28,430 nucleotides of DNA from a virus. Its lineage: Duplodnaviria; Caudoviricetes. Location: IMG/VR virus record IMGVR_UViG_3300008120_000224, positions 1 through 28,430 of that record; one strand, written 5' to 3'. The translations under genes and the position numbers were made by a program. Shown piece after piece: positions 26,431 to 28,430 of the stretch. How positions within the stretch are numbered: the stretch's first letter is position 1; each line of letters begins with the position of its first letter. The notes below the pieces were generated by a model. That model made no database searches. It worked only from the letters and a program-made list of their open reading frames with translations, and was not told where the DNA came from.

Positions 26431-26650
26431 TAAGAAACTGATCGTAGACCTTGCTAAGGGAACACAGACTTATGTGGACCTAACACCAGAAGAGATTGAA
26501 CAGCGTGCAGTAGATGCACAGGCTGCAGAGATTGAGCGAGCAGAGCGTGAAGCAGCGCAGGCTGCTAAGGCTGATGCAAAGTTATCAGCACAGGCAAAGC
26601 TCGCAGCCCTCGGTCTTACCGGTGAAGAAGTAGCAGCTCTTACAGAGTAA
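26423..26650 (+). CDS. Hypothetical fibre-associated protein (75 aa)
   Basis: LTPEEI...coiled coil...SAQAKLAALGLTGEEVAAL; AGGAG RBS. Confidence 0.8.
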   Translation: MADKKLIVDLAKGTQTYVDLTPEEIEQRAVDAQAAEIERAEREAAQAAKADAKLSAQAKLAALGLTGEEVAALTE

Positions 26651-26724
26651 TGCTTGAAGAGTTAGTCCCTATCCGTAGGGATATAGATGATGCAGTAGAC
26701 GAAGTATTGATTCAACCATTTTAA
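26650..26724 (+). CDS. Acidic micropeptide (24 aa)
   Basis: MLEELVPIRRDIDDAVDEVLIQPF; TAATG coupling; its stop overlaps the next gene's AAGGAG. Confidence 0.5.
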   Translation: MLEELVPIRRDIDDAVDEVLIQPF

Positions 26725-26733
26725 GGAGAAGTA

Positions 26734-28430
26734 ATGGCCTACGGAAGTGACATCAGTGAACGCATACCAACGGTCCTGTCAAACCCTGCTGGTAGTACAA
26801 CCTATACACCTACAGGGTACTCCTACGATGTTGCCATCGCTGGTCTACCATTCTTCATCTCACCTTTAGATGACTCACCTTATCGTCGTGTAACAGCCCA
26901 GTATCGTAAGAATCAGTTTGATACTAGCCGTGAGCCAGGTGAGCAGACGCTCACCGGTTGGTGGCTACGTTCACAGTCATCATTCCACTTTGGTCAAGGC
27001 ATTAAGTTCTTTGAGCCAGCACAGGATGAGTCACTTCGTTTCCAGTACACAGAGTCTAAAGGCTTAGATGTATGGACTAAGGGACAGGCAACACTTCTTC
27101 CAGCCTGCGATAACCAGCACATTACAACCGGTGGCATTAGAACAGATGGTCGCCCTTGGCAGATTATGCGATCTATCCAATGGACTAAGAACAGCAATAC
27201 TTACGACGGCGTACTGCTATCTGATGAGTACGACGTAGATAAGGTATTTCCTGCCATCACCGTCTCTATTAACAACAAGGCTTTGACTAGCAACGTAGCT
27301 ACACTGACTACAACTGCAGCACACGGCCTATCTACTGGTATGGAAATTACTATCAGTGGGGTAGATGCTACTTTCAATGGTGAGTACCGCATTACAGGCG
27401 TACCAACTACAACTACCTTTACCTATGCTAAGACTGCAGCTAACGTAACATCAACTGCAGTATCTCCAGTAGGTACTGGAGTAGCAGAGATTATCCACTT
27501 CATTGACTACAACACAGGAACTGACTATCCAGTACACGCTCTCTGTGATGATGGCGTCTATGCCTACTGGGTTACTAACGTACTCAACGCTGGAACTCCA
27601 AGACTAAGAGTCTATAAGAAGTTGCTATCTGATGATGCTTCTGTATCACCTACCCTGATGATTACCGATAACGGTATTACTGTAGCTAATGCGGTAATGG
27701 AGTACACCAAAGAACGTATCGTTATGTGCGTCAATGACAAGGTGTACGAGTTTGCTACAACTGCAACAACACTACCTACTGCGGTCTATTCACACAACGA
27801 TCCAGACCACATCTTTACTAGCATCACCTCAAGCGGTGCTGCAATCTATATTGCTGGCTACTCAGGTATCCAATCTAATATCTACAAGTTCACCCTTGAG
27901 ACAACAGGTGCTATGCCTACCCTGTCATCTGCTATTACTGCAGCTGAACTACCGGTAGGAGAGCGCTGCTTTAAGATTAGTTACTATCTTGGCTATATGG
28001 CTATCGGTACATCTAAGGGTATGCGAGTAGCACAGACATCAGACCAAGATGGCTCTATTGCCTATGGCCCACTACTCTTTGAGTCAACACAACCAGTCTA
28101 TGACTTTGCCTTCCGTGATAAGTACATCTGGGCTACTACTGGCGTAGATGGACAGGTAGGACTTACTCGCGTCAACCTTGGCACAGAGATTAGCCAGTTG
28201 GTATTTGCCTATGCGTGGGACTTGTACGATCCAGATGACACACTAGGACACTACACAACTACCTGTTCCTTTATGGGAGACACAGACCGCCTTGCATTCT
28301 GCAACGCTGGTAACGGCTCAGATGGAACTATCTATATCCAGTCAGCAGATGAACTACTACCTGATGGATATATCCGTACAGGCTTTATCCGCTATAACAC
28401 TCTTGAGAATAAAATCTTTAAGTTGGTACA
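26734..28430 (+). CDS. Large beta-rich tail protein (nozzle / tail tubular B-like), truncated by window end
   Basis: ATG with AAGGAG; MAYGSDISERIP...YDVAIAGLPF...EPGEQTLTGWWLRSQSSFH.G.G...; frame appears open to the window end (>565 aa); absent from the ORF track because it has no stop. Confidence 0.8.
   Translation, partial: MAYGSDISERIPTVLSNPAGSTTYTPTGYSYDVAIAGLPFFISPLDDSPYRRVTAQYRKNQFDTSREPGEQTLTGWWLRSQSSFHFGQGIKFFEPAQDESLRFQYTESKGLDVWTKGQATLLPACDNQHITTGGIRTDGRPWQIMRSIQWTKNSNTYDGVLLSDEYDVDKVFPAITVSINNKALTSNVATLTTTAAHGLSTGMEITISGVDATFNGEYRITGVPTTTTFTYAKTAANVTSTAVSPVGTGVAEIIHFIDYNTGTDYPVHALCDDGVYAYWVTNVLNAGTPRLRVYKKLLSDDASVSPTLMITDNGITVANAVMEYTKERIVMCVNDKVYEFATTATTLPTAVYSHNDPDHIFTSITSSGAAIYIAGYSGIQSNIYKFTLETTGAMPTLSSAITAAELPVGERCFKISYYLGYMAIGTSKGMRVAQTSDQDGSIAYGPLLFESTQPVYDFAFRDKYIWATTGVDGQVGLTRVNLGTEISQLVFAYAWDLYDPDDTLGHYTTTCSFMGDTDRLAFCNAGNGSDGTIYIQSADELLPDGYIRTGFIRYNTLENKIFKLV

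Overview
This window is part of a tailed dsDNA bacteriophage genome. It is probably podovirus-like, since there is no tape-measure gene and there are large internal-virion-type genes. The host is most likely a low-GC actinobacterium, inferred from a TAnnnT leaderless promoter and actinobacterial-type operator motifs. Bases 1-1935 hold 12 tiny, translationally coupled minus-strand 'early' ORFs, nine of them missed by the ORF track, in DNA rich in AGCT, GATC and GAWTC. Bases ~1977-2800 are a divergent non-coding control region that may span the genome end. It carries candidate host transcription-factor boxes (MtrA-like, MprA-like, a perfect CRP/GlxR box), a G-quadruplex/KOPS-like tract, GNA-triloop hairpins and a structured leader with a kissing loop. 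From 2802 to the end runs a plus-strand morphogenesis module: HTH-fused terminase, Lys-rich proteins, portal, three putative internal/ejection proteins, a pseudoknotted leader, scaffold and major capsid. It continues with small basic and Cys-rich proteins, a Thr-rich collagen-like fibre beside a GT2-TPR glycosyltransferase with its own promoter, an adaptor, a tail fibre, three paralogous tip proteins (two Gly-rich) and a truncated large tail protein. CATG appears absent from the whole window. All family calls and counts are by eye; no searches were run.
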